A DNA stretch of 18,591 nt. It comes from an uncultured archaeon. GTDB lineage: Archaea > Asgardarchaeota > Thorarchaeia > Thorarchaeales > Thorarchaeaceae. Below, one piece after another: positions 1 through 8,103 of this stretch; within the stretch, counting starts at the first letter, position 1; each line of letters begins with the position of its first letter. The position numbers and the translations under genes are program-made. Location of the stretch: positions 1-18,591 of the forward strand of contig CAZSWP010000020.1 of the NCBI GenBank assembly GCA_964610875.1. Direction: 5' to 3'. The notes under the pieces were generated by a model that was given only the letters and a program-made list of their open reading frames with translations, was not told the origin of the DNA and made no database searches.

Positions 1-160
1 TTATATCCCAAAGACCAATTCCCTCTAGTTGTTCTTTGATCTTCTCAGGTACGAGTTCAGGATGTTTCATCTGTTCGAATGTGGGAATGATGATATTTCT
101 CTCGCGACAGCGTTCTACAGTCCGCTTAAGTTGTTCTTCGTGAATTGTAAGGTCAATCAT
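1..160 (-). CDS. 5' end of a PLP-dependent enzyme, probably fold-type II (beta family); runs off the left edge
   Basis: Manual translation from ATG at 160 gives MIDLTIHEEQLKRTVERCRERNIIIPTFEQMKHPELVPEKIKEQLEGIGLWDI, open to base 1. An SD-like AGGTGAG lies at 174-168. The IIIPTFxQMKxPEL...IGLWD N-terminus resembles, from recall, 'PLP-dependent protein subunit beta' proteins. The catalytic region is outside the window. Confidence 0.7.
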   Translation of the reverse strand, partial: MIDLTIHEEQLKRTVERCRERNIIIPTFEQMKHPELVPEKIKEQLEGIGLWDI

Positions 161-302
161 TTGTGAGCTCACCTATCCTGTTATGATTCAGCAGGCATTG
201 CACAGCAGACTCTAGTATTGAAAAAGGCTTTCGCTTTACCAAAAAATCTCTACTATGTGAAGAACAATCCAATTTCTTAGCATATCTAAGGAGAATTTTG
301 AA

Positions 303-1436
303 TCATATACAAACCACACGATTTTCACGAGATGATTGATAACATGCCGCTACAATTTGGTGTGAGCGCTGAGAATCCTCAAGTGTTGCAACAAGAGGAT
401 TAGGCTTTCCCTTGATAAGTGAGTCCAGAAATAGAAGAGTTTCATACCCATAACTTTGGAGCCAATGACTGGGTGCATCATTATAGCCTATAGCGTCCCT
501 ATACTTCTGATCCATCTCTTCAGGAATCAGCTCTATGTCCTCTTCTCCCTCAATTTCCAATGTTCCAGTGAAATTTAGCAATGAATATTTTGCTTCAAGA
601 TGGGCATTCTCCCAGAATACTTCTATGTGCCGAGCATCACGATGAATGTTGTGCCAAACAGCAGTCAATGCAAAGGTCGCACCTATGCCACCTGATTCTT
701 TTTTCAGCTCTGCTAGCACGCCCACAGAGTCCTCGATCTGGTCTATATCAAAGAAATACTTAGCCTTAGCAAAGACGTCACTAAACTGATATTCATCTCC
801 AAACCAATATCGCATCATATCAAAATCATGGATAGAATGTTCATAGAGAGTTCCTGCAAGAGCCTGCTTCTTATCACGCCGCCATTTTGATGGATGAAAT
901 CCACTACCAGTATAGGGCTTTTCCTGATCAGAACGAAAATGAATGTTGAATAGTCTACCCATCTTTTCCTTGTATTCTTTCTTCTGAATAATGCGCCTAA
1001 TATTCCAGAACCCAGGATTTTGCCTCAAACTATGCCCAACTTGAACATAGATATCATTCTCATCACGAGAATCAATCATCTCTTGGATATCGCTGGTGGA
1101 AAATGCAAGTGGTTTTTGAATGAAGATATCCTTACCAGCTTCAGCTGCTTTAAGGAAGATGTCCTTGTGACAAACAGTTGGAGTAGCAATATAGACCGTG
1201 TTTATTTCATCAAGTGCAATTAGTTTTTTGTAATCTGAGAAGATGTCTTCAATCGCCCATGTCTTTGCATAAGATTCTAGATGTTCCTGCCGAGTATCAC
1301 AAAGAGCATCAACAGAAACTTCTATGTCTTTGCTAAGATATTGGCCTTCTATTATTGTTTGAATAGCTTGATTGTGGATGTTACCAAGTAATCCTACTCC
1401 TATTATTCCAATCCTTATCTCCTTTAATGGCTTCAT
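303..1436 (-). CDS. Gfo/Idh/MocA family NAD(P)-dependent oxidoreductase
   Basis: N-terminal Rossmann motif IGIIGVGLLG, VYIATPTVCH, a (E/Q)KP-type motif IFIQKPLA, VGHSLR, GTLYEHSIHDFD and the typical C-terminal ATLED...AACYQSS. An SD-like GGAGTG lies at the end of the upstream gene. Confidence 0.92.
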   Translation of the reverse strand: MKPLKEIRIGIIGVGLLGNIHNQAIQTIIEGQYLSKDIEVSVDALCDTRQEHLESYAKTWAIEDIFSDYKKLIALDEINTVYIATPTVCHKDIFLKAAEAGKDIFIQKPLAFSTSDIQEMIDSRDENDIYVQVGHSLRQNPGFWNIRRIIQKKEYKEKMGRLFNIHFRSDQEKPYTGSGFHPSKWRRDKKQALAGTLYEHSIHDFDMMRYWFGDEYQFSDVFAKAKYFFDIDQIEDSVGVLAELKKESGGIGATFALTAVWHNIHRDARHIEVFWENAHLEAKYSLLNFTGTLEIEGEEDIELIPEEMDQKYRDAIGYNDAPSHWLQSYGYETLLFLDSLIKGKPNPLVATLEDSQRSHQIVAACYQSSRENRVVCI

Positions 1437-1442
1437 TCAGTT

Positions 1443-3248
1443 TCACTCCAGCATTTCACTCAAGATTCTTCCTTGAGCATCTTTAGGTGATCTAACATCT
1501 AGCAGATGAGATAGTGTTGGTGCTAGATCAATTAGATTCACTGATTTATCGAACTTGATACCTTTCTTAATTCCAGGACCACAAAAGATCAAGGGCACAC
1601 TTATTGAAAACGGACCAAGTGTAGCTGAAGGATTGTAATATCCATGTGCGCCAAAGCATTCAGAGGCAGGAAACGAGATACCTCTATCCAAATATTCCTT
1701 GTTCATATATGTAGTATTTAATTCCTGAATCTTTCCATCAAATAGTTGATATGGTGGTTGGAGGAGGTAGACAACATCTCCAATGCGGTCACCCTTTTGA
1801 CCGGGTATTTTTGTATCCTCACGTCTAAACACTTGATCAACAATCCTATCACCAGATACAGGGTCAACAAGATTCTCCAAGACTTGAATGATTTTTGATC
1901 GCACTTCCTCGTATTCATCATCAGTAACGATACCCTGTGGGTCTCTGCCCTTTCTATTCACCCATATGTAAGGTGGTTCCAGATATGGAAATACCTTTGA
2001 TTCTGCCATGTCTACAACTAATTCAGAGGTGGCATTCGATGTTTTGTAGACCAATAGACCAGCATCAACTAATGCTTTTGGTATGTTGGCGATTTTCCAA
2101 GCTGGTACAGCGCCATGGTCTGAAACAAATACGATTATTGTGTCATCGTCTACCACAGTGTCAAGAAGATGGTTGACTAGTTGATCAATCAATACATAAG
2201 CAGAACGAATCCTGTACAAAGACTCTTCATATTTCTCTTCAGAATATTTTGGAGAAGATTCTAAGAGATATGCTAATTCTTTGTGATTTACACTATCAAG
2301 AAAATGGACATGAAAGAAACAAGCATCCCAACTGAGGGATTCCTTAGCATATTTTATCGCTCTTCCAATTAATAGAGATTCTTGTTCCGCTTCTTCTAGA
2401 TAATCAGATGTGGACCCCTCAAACCAATATTCAACATCGTGCGATGTCATTCTCACAAACTCTGGATCCATGACATTCCTAATCAAAGCCTCGCCAAATT
2501 CTTCAGGCACGGACCAACCTGTAGTGTTATAGATAGTTGAATACTGAAGAGAAACTCTGTTGTCGTGTAGTACATCTATAAGTTTAATTTTGAAAAGACA
2601 TTCTATTTTGTTATCTTTGATTTCTAAAGTAAGAGGCAGCCAATCACTCCATTCACCCTTTGAGAATCTCTGGTCCAAATACATAATATGAATTGAATCA
2701 AAGGTTTCTCCAGATCCAGTTGCCAGCGCTACTTCTAATCCCGATTTAATCTTGAGAATTGGATTTTTCGGGTCAAAAGAAAGAATAACATTTTCTGGTT
2801 CTGAGATGATTCGAGGAAATGAGTCAGGAATATCCCATATTAACAGGCTCATTACTCCATTCTTTAATTCAGAAGGCCATCCAGCTGGATAATTGATTAC
2901 AAATGTACGGTATCCTTCTTCATCCAGTACATCCCAAAGAAATTCTGACTGTGAAAATCTTCGTAGTTGCGTTCGAGATCGATTCTGCTCCTTCAAACCC
3001 TGATCAAATGGTTCACCCGGAATATGTAAATAGAAACTAGTTGAACCATGTTTCTCAACATTTGCTCCCGTTGCAATTGTAGCCCAATTTGTTGGTGTGT
3101 CAGGTGGCACACAGGAATATGCAGTTGTTTTCACTCCTTGTTCTATTATTTTTTGGAGATTCGGCATCAATCCCTCTTCAAGAAATCTATCTAGTAAATA
3201 TGGAATTGCTTGGTCAACTCCAATAAGGAGTAATTTCTTTCTCTTCAT
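1443..3248 (-). CDS. Alkaline phosphatase superfamily protein (type I phosphodiesterase / nucleotide pyrophosphatase-like), apparently cytoplasmic
   Basis: LLLIGVDQA (first metal Asp), PPDTPTNWATIATG (Thr nucleophile region), FLDSVNH, FVSDHG, GAHG and LIDLAPTL. The probable start is ATG 3248 (MKRKKLLLIG, 601 aa), not 3320. No signal peptide is evident. It ends 6 nt upstream of the Gfo/Idh/MocA gene. Confidence 0.88.
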   Translation of the reverse strand: MKRKKLLLIGVDQAIPYLLDRFLEEGLMPNLQKIIEQGVKTTAYSCVPPDTPTNWATIATGANVEKHGSTSFYLHIPGEPFDQGLKEQNRSRTQLRRFSQSEFLWDVLDEEGYRTFVINYPAGWPSELKNGVMSLLIWDIPDSFPRIISEPENVILSFDPKNPILKIKSGLEVALATGSGETFDSIHIMYLDQRFSKGEWSDWLPLTLEIKDNKIECLFKIKLIDVLHDNRVSLQYSTIYNTTGWSVPEEFGEALIRNVMDPEFVRMTSHDVEYWFEGSTSDYLEEAEQESLLIGRAIKYAKESLSWDACFFHVHFLDSVNHKELAYLLESSPKYSEEKYEESLYRIRSAYVLIDQLVNHLLDTVVDDDTIIVFVSDHGAVPAWKIANIPKALVDAGLLVYKTSNATSELVVDMAESKVFPYLEPPYIWVNRKGRDPQGIVTDDEYEEVRSKIIQVLENLVDPVSGDRIVDQVFRREDTKIPGQKGDRIGDVVYLLQPPYQLFDGKIQELNTTYMNKEYLDRGISFPASECFGAHGYYNPSATLGPFSISVPLIFCGPGIKKGIKFDKSVNLIDLAPTLSHLLDVRSPKDAQGRILSEMLE

Positions 3249-3372
3249 TTCAGTACTTGAAATTCCAAACACCATTAAAATCTTCAGGAATTCACAAATA
3301 GTTCCTAAAGACATCCCCAAAGAGATTTATGTTGCTTCTCCTTCAAACCTAGGTTAATTCTTCAAATGGGTT

Positions 3373-4779
3373 TTGACTGTGACTGACAACAATGAATATG
3401 AACCGGGTAACAAGTGGGCTTATGGTATAGGTGCCACTGTAGACAGCGTGGGATATCAATCATTTACGTTCCTCGTTTTCGTATTCTATTATTCTGTAAT
3501 AGGCATTGACGTAAATCTAGTAACTATTGGATTTGTGGTCTGGAGTATCTGGAATGCCATCAATGACCCAATTCTAGGTTTTATTTCAGATAGAACAAAG
3601 ACCCGATGGGGAAGGAGGACTCCCTACATTATCGTTTCATTTATTCCGTTAAGTCTAATGATGATCTTTTTGTGGACGCCTCCAGTGGGTGATATCACCC
3701 TGTCATTCGTATATTTTCTATTGATTATCATGCTTTTTGATACACTGTATACAATGAACGCCTTGAACCTGACAGCTCTCTTTCCTGAAATGTGGCTTGA
3801 GGAAAAACAGCGGAGGTCAGTGAATAATATTCGTCAGATTTTCATTGTATTAGGTCTCTTGATTGCATTTCTTGTCCCAACGTTTCTAATCTCTGACTTG
3901 AGTGCATCAACAACACCACAATCACAAGTCATAGCCGAATACCAATTCTCAGGAGCAATTTTGACTGTCGTTGTATTGATAGGGTATCTAATTGTCATTA
4001 AATGGGGTGTAAGCGAAAGAAAGGAATTTAGTGAAGATTCTTTGGCAGTGCCTAACTGGATCGAGGCTTTGAAACATACCTTGAAGAACAGAAATTTCCA
4101 CAAGTATCTGGCTACGAATACATGTAATTGGTATGTATTTGGCATCATTCCTACAATTATCCCATTATACGGAGAATATGTTCTCGGTATCACTGATCCC
4201 TTAATGCTGGGAATCATGCTCGCAGCATCTTTTATTTCGGGTGGAATTTTTCTGAATCTGTGGAAGAATATAGCTAATCGATTGCAGGATTATCGAAAAA
4301 CATGGATGGCAAGTATGACCTTTTGGGCAATCGTCCTTCTTATCTTTACTTTAATCAGCGACCAGATTATGGCATTAGTGTTCTTCATAATAATGGGCGT
4401 AGGACTAGCAGGAAGTCTATTATTCAGAGACCTCGTTCTTGCAGATATTATTGATGATGATGAGGTGAATACGGGAGTACGGCGAGAAGGAGCATTCTTT
4501 GGTACAAATGCTCTTATAATGCGTCTCGCAGTGATTCTAGTGTTTGTTTCAATAGCGTCTGTTTTCAATAGCGTCGGGTGGACTGTATTCGACCCACTAC
4601 CAGGAGCTGAAACAATTCTCGGACTTCGTGTACTTTTAGGACTCCTTCCTGCAATTGCATTGTTAATTGGTGTTATTGCAATATCTCGATATAACCTAGT
4701 GGGGGAAAAACTTAGAGAGATGAAAGAGAAGCGAGATGAATTGCATACCAAGAAGACAACAAAAGCCTTTGGAAATTAG
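3373..4779 (+). CDS. MFS transporter, glycoside-pentoside-hexuronide (GPH, MelB-like) cation symporter family
   Basis: About 12 hydrophobic helices and the GPH signatures WNAINDPILGFISDRTKTRWGRRTPY and LADIIDDDEVNTGVRREGAFFG. The start is TTG 3373 or GTG 3379. Confidence 0.92.
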   Translation: MTVTDNNEYEPGNKWAYGIGATVDSVGYQSFTFLVFVFYYSVIGIDVNLVTIGFVVWSIWNAINDPILGFISDRTKTRWGRRTPYIIVSFIPLSLMMIFLWTPPVGDITLSFVYFLLIIMLFDTLYTMNALNLTALFPEMWLEEKQRRSVNNIRQIFIVLGLLIAFLVPTFLISDLSASTTPQSQVIAEYQFSGAILTVVVLIGYLIVIKWGVSERKEFSEDSLAVPNWIEALKHTLKNRNFHKYLATNTCNWYVFGIIPTIIPLYGEYVLGITDPLMLGIMLAASFISGGIFLNLWKNIANRLQDYRKTWMASMTFWAIVLLIFTLISDQIMALVFFIIMGVGLAGSLLFRDLVLADIIDDDEVNTGVRREGAFFGTNALIMRLAVILVFVSIASVFNSVGWTVFDPLPGAETILGLRVLLGLLPAIALLIGVIAISRYNLVGEKLREMKEKRDELHTKKTTKAFGN

Positions 4780-5049
4780 TCCTTCTTTGTGATTTGAGTG
4801 AAAGATCCTTATTTGGGACTTTGAAACAAGACGCCAAAAGAACCCAAACAAGTCATGATTATAATGAGAACCCACCTGATGACACACTTCTCATTGCCGT
4901 ATAGAATCATTAAATATGATGAAGTGAAATCCCTAATGATAAGACATAGCGAGAATTAACTATTCTTGACATAATTTCGAACATATGCTCATTCAGCATG
5001 TGGTTGGAGACTCACCAAGTAGGTACTTACAATTGATAGAGTGATGATA

Positions 5050-7797
5050 ATGAGTAAGAATGACACAAAAACGGAAGACCGCATGGTCTATAGATTCGGT
5101 GCAAATCAGGCAGATGGTTCTGCTGAGATGAAAAACAAACTTGGAGGAAAAGGCGCCGCCCTTGCAGCGGGAACACTTCTAGGATTGCCAGTTCCGCCAG
5201 GTTTCACTATTGCTACGGATGTCTGTAATATCTATCTAGACGAGGGCGGTTTTCCTGAGAAGATTAAACAAGAGATTCTAGATGCGTTGAAGTGGATGGA
5301 GGGAATAATGGATAAGGGATTTGGTGATCCAAAGAACCCACTCCTTGTTTCAGCCAGGTCAGGAGCTAGACAATCAATGCCTGGAATGATGGAAACAGTA
5401 CTTAATGTAGGTCTAACTACAAAGACACTTCCCGGTCTTGTTGAGATAACAAAGAATGAAAGGTTTGTTTACGACTCATACAGAAGGCTCATAATGATGT
5501 ATGCTGACGTTGTTATGGAAAAAGCTGAAGGAATTCAACCAGAAGAAGGACAGGGAATTCGTCAGCAACTCGAATGGATTATGTCAAAGAAGAAACGAGA
5601 AGCGATTATTCAGAATGATGTCGATCTCACAGTAGATCACCTAAAGGAGCTTGTAGTTGAATTCAAAGAGAGAATACAAAAAACACTAGGCAAACCTTTC
5701 CCTGATGACGCAATGGAACAGCTATGGGGAGCCATTGGAGCAGTATTCAAGAGCTGGGGTGGTGCACGAGCAGTTGCATATCGAAGAATTGAGAATATCC
5801 CTGATGAATGGGGAACAGCTTGTACTGTTCAGTCCATGGTCTTCGGAAACCTAGGAAATGACTCTGCAACAGGGGTGGCTTTCACTAGAGACCCTGCAAC
5901 AGGGGAGAACAAGTTTTACGGCGAGATGCTGTTCAATGCACAGGGAGAAGATGTAGTTGCAGGTACAAGAACTCCAAATCCAATGAATGAAGACTCTAAG
6001 AACGAGCAGAACAAACATCTGCCAACCCTTGAAGAAAAGATGCCAGAGATATACAAGCAATTAGTGGAGATTCGGGATATCTTAGAGGATGATATTAAAG
6101 ACATGCTTGACATTGAATTCACAATTGAACAAGGTAAACTCTATCTAGTCCAACATCGTGTTGGAAAACGTACTGCCACGGCAGCACTCAATATAGCCTT
6201 GGACATGCTTCATGAAAAGAAGATAAACGAAAAAACAACCATCCTTCGAATTGCACCAGAACAGTTAGGTCAACTCCTTTTCCCAATTCTAGACCCAGAG
6301 GAGGAAGCGAAATCAACTCCGATTGCGAAAGGTCTTCCAGCTGGACCAGGTGGTGCTGTGGGCGAGATAGTTTTCACTCAAGAGGATGCTGTTGAATGGA
6401 CAAATACTGGAAAGAACGTGATTCTTGTTCGAGAGGAAACCAACCCTGAAGATATTGAAGGAATGCGAGCAGCTGTAGGTCTACTCACAGCTCGTGGAGG
6501 TATGACCAGTCATGCAGCATTGGTCACTCGTGGATGGGGTAAGACATGTATTGTTGGTGCTGCTGATATCGAGATTGACCCCTTTGAAAAGAAGATGTCA
6601 ATAGATGGTAAAGTCTACAATCAAGGAGATGTTGTCACACTGAATGGTACTCTAGGTCTCGTCTATGAAGGTGCACTTCCTATGATGGACTCGACCAAGA
6701 ATCCAAGACTGCAAGAGTTTATGGACCTAGTGGACAAGTACAGAAGACTTGGAATAAGGGCAAATGCAGAAACCCCTCAAGATGCAGAAATAGCATTAGA
6801 GTTCGGTGCAGAAGGAATTGGTCTCTTCAGAACTGAGCACATGTTCTATGGAGAAGGCTCTGACGAACCACTCTTCTTATTGCGAAAGATGATCATGAGC
6901 ACAACAAAATCTGAACGACGTGCTGCTCTTGAAGAGTTAAAACCATACATGAAAGCAGACGTGAAAGCTACTCTAGATTTAATGGATGGAAGACCGGTCA
7001 CAATTCGTCTACTCGATCCACCACTTCATGAGTTCGTACCAAAGAGTAAGATTGGTCAAGAACGTCTTGCTCATGCACTTAACATCAAAATGGATGAAGT
7101 AAAGAAACGTGGAGAAGCACTAATCGAGAATAATCCTATGATGGGACATCGTGGAGTAAGACTTGGTATCACTGACCCCGAAGTCTATGAAATGCAGGTA
7201 AGAGCAATCCTTGAAGCTGCAGCTGATCTCATGAAAGATGGCAAGAAAGTCAAGCTAGAAATCATGATTCCAGTAACAGTAGGGTCTGCAGAACTCAAAT
7301 CAATGAAAATGACTGTTGATAAAATCTACCAAGAGGTCAAAGAACAAGAAGGACTGGATATCGATTTCATGTACGGAACCATGATTGAACTACCACGTGC
7401 CTGCATGCGCGCTGGAGATATGGCTCAGAGTGCTGAGTTCTTCAGCTTCGGCACCAATGACTTAAGCCAGATGGGCTTTGGATTCAGTCGAGACGATATC
7501 GACACATTCCTACCATCCTACCTAGATCGCCATATTCTACGTAACGACCCGTTCGTGAGCATTGACAAACGTGGAGTTGGACAACTCATGGAGATTGCTA
7601 TCGAGCGAGGACGGAAAACTCGTCCTGATATCAAACTCGGAATCTGTGGAGAACATGGTGGAGACGCACGGTCTGTGGAGTTCTTCCATAAGATTGGTCT
7701 TGACTATGTATCTTGCTCGCCTTATCGTTTACCCATTGCTAGACTTGCAGCAGCACAAGCGGCAATCAAAGAAGAGAGAGGAATTCCTTATCTATAA
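5050..7797 (+). CDS. ppdK: Pyruvate, phosphate dikinase
   Basis: LGGKGA...GLPVPPGFTI, PLLVSARSGARQSMPGMMETVLN, NAQGEDVVAG, phosphocarrier GGMTSHAA, GIGLFRTEHMF, FSFGTNDL and GICGEHGG. The start is one of GTG 5041, ATG 5044 or ATG 5050. Confidence 0.98.
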   Translation: MSKNDTKTEDRMVYRFGANQADGSAEMKNKLGGKGAALAAGTLLGLPVPPGFTIATDVCNIYLDEGGFPEKIKQEILDALKWMEGIMDKGFGDPKNPLLVSARSGARQSMPGMMETVLNVGLTTKTLPGLVEITKNERFVYDSYRRLIMMYADVVMEKAEGIQPEEGQGIRQQLEWIMSKKKREAIIQNDVDLTVDHLKELVVEFKERIQKTLGKPFPDDAMEQLWGAIGAVFKSWGGARAVAYRRIENIPDEWGTACTVQSMVFGNLGNDSATGVAFTRDPATGENKFYGEMLFNAQGEDVVAGTRTPNPMNEDSKNEQNKHLPTLEEKMPEIYKQLVEIRDILEDDIKDMLDIEFTIEQGKLYLVQHRVGKRTATAALNIALDMLHEKKINEKTTILRIAPEQLGQLLFPILDPEEEAKSTPIAKGLPAGPGGAVGEIVFTQEDAVEWTNTGKNVILVREETNPEDIEGMRAAVGLLTARGGMTSHAALVTRGWGKTCIVGAADIEIDPFEKKMSIDGKVYNQGDVVTLNGTLGLVYEGALPMMDSTKNPRLQEFMDLVDKYRRLGIRANAETPQDAEIALEFGAEGIGLFRTEHMFYGEGSDEPLFLLRKMIMSTTKSERRAALEELKPYMKADVKATLDLMDGRPVTIRLLDPPLHEFVPKSKIGQERLAHALNIKMDEVKKRGEALIENNPMMGHRGVRLGITDPEVYEMQVRAILEAAADLMKDGKKVKLEIMIPVTVGSAELKSMKMTVDKIYQEVKEQEGLDIDFMYGTMIELPRACMRAGDMAQSAEFFSFGTNDLSQMGFGFSRDDIDTFLPSYLDRHILRNDPFVSIDKRGVGQLMEIAIERGRKTRPDIKLGICGEHGGDARSVEFFHKIGLDYVSCSPYRLPIARLAAAQAAIKEERGIPYL

Positions 7798-7802
7798 AGA
7801 TG

Positions 7803-7835
7803 GAAGGGGGATTTAGCCCCTTCTTTTTCATTTTT
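7803..7835 (+). terminator. Stem-loop plus T-tract terminator after ppdK
   Basis: GAAGGGG (7803-7809) and CCCCTTC (7817-7823) form a 7-bp stem with a 7-nt loop, followed by TTTTTCATTTTT. It begins 5 nt after the ppdK stop. Confidence 0.7.
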
Positions 7836-7867
7836 CAACCTCGTGCTTTACATCCGCCTTCAAAATT

Positions 7868-7975
7868 TTATTCGCTCCCTTTTCTTCGGAGTATCTGAAA
7901 TAAAACAATGAATGCTACCATAGTGCCAATTCCAAGAAATGACCCTATCAAACATGGATTAGTAGGACAAAGCAT
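7868..7975 (-). CDS. Putative 35-aa single-pass membrane microprotein (absent from the ORF track)
   Basis: ATG 7975 to TAA 7868 reads MLCPTNPCLIGSFLGIGTMVAFIVLFQILRRKGSE: a roughly 20-residue hydrophobic helix followed by RRK. A TATA-like TTTAAAAA lies upstream at about 8037-8030. An alternative in-frame GTG is at 7990. Confidence 0.55.
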   Translation of the reverse strand: MLCPTNPCLIGSFLGIGTMVAFIVLFQILRRKGSE

Positions 7976-8029
7976 CACTCTGATATCCACATAATCAACA
8001 ATCTGTAAACTAGCTAGCTTTGCAAGCCC

Positions 8030-8058
8030 TTTTTAAACTCTGTTCTAGACTTAGAACA
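8030..8058 (-). promoter_or_regulatory. TATA-like box with an adjacent inverted repeat, upstream of the microprotein
   Basis: Minus-strand TTTAAAAA at about 8037-8030. Immediately upstream is TGTTCTA-GACT-TAGAACA (8041-8058), with perfect 7-bp arms. Confidence 0.4.
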
Positions 8059-8103
8059 AGCTAGAACGCGAAAATCATAATCAAATTGTGTGTTTATGTA
8101 GGT

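Noticed and set aside
276-290. CTTAG-CATAT-CTAAG inverted repeat after the Gfo/Idh/MocA stop
   Set aside because: A 5-bp AT-rich stem is too weak to call as a terminator or operator.
156-305. Open frame continuing past the TGA stop of the Gfo/Idh/MocA gene (possible selenocysteine readthrough)
   Set aside because: The protein already ends at the normal family C-terminus, the extension looks non-coding and crosses the next gene's promoter and SD, and no SECIS-like element was recognised.
3249-3320. N-terminal extension of the phosphodiesterase given in the ORF track
   Set aside because: The family fold begins at KKLLLIGVD, and the extension occupies the divergent promoter region shared with the MFS gene.
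4696-4887. 63-aa minus-strand ORF after the MFS gene
   Set aside because: It overlaps the MFS 3' end in antisense and has no motif or clear translation signal.
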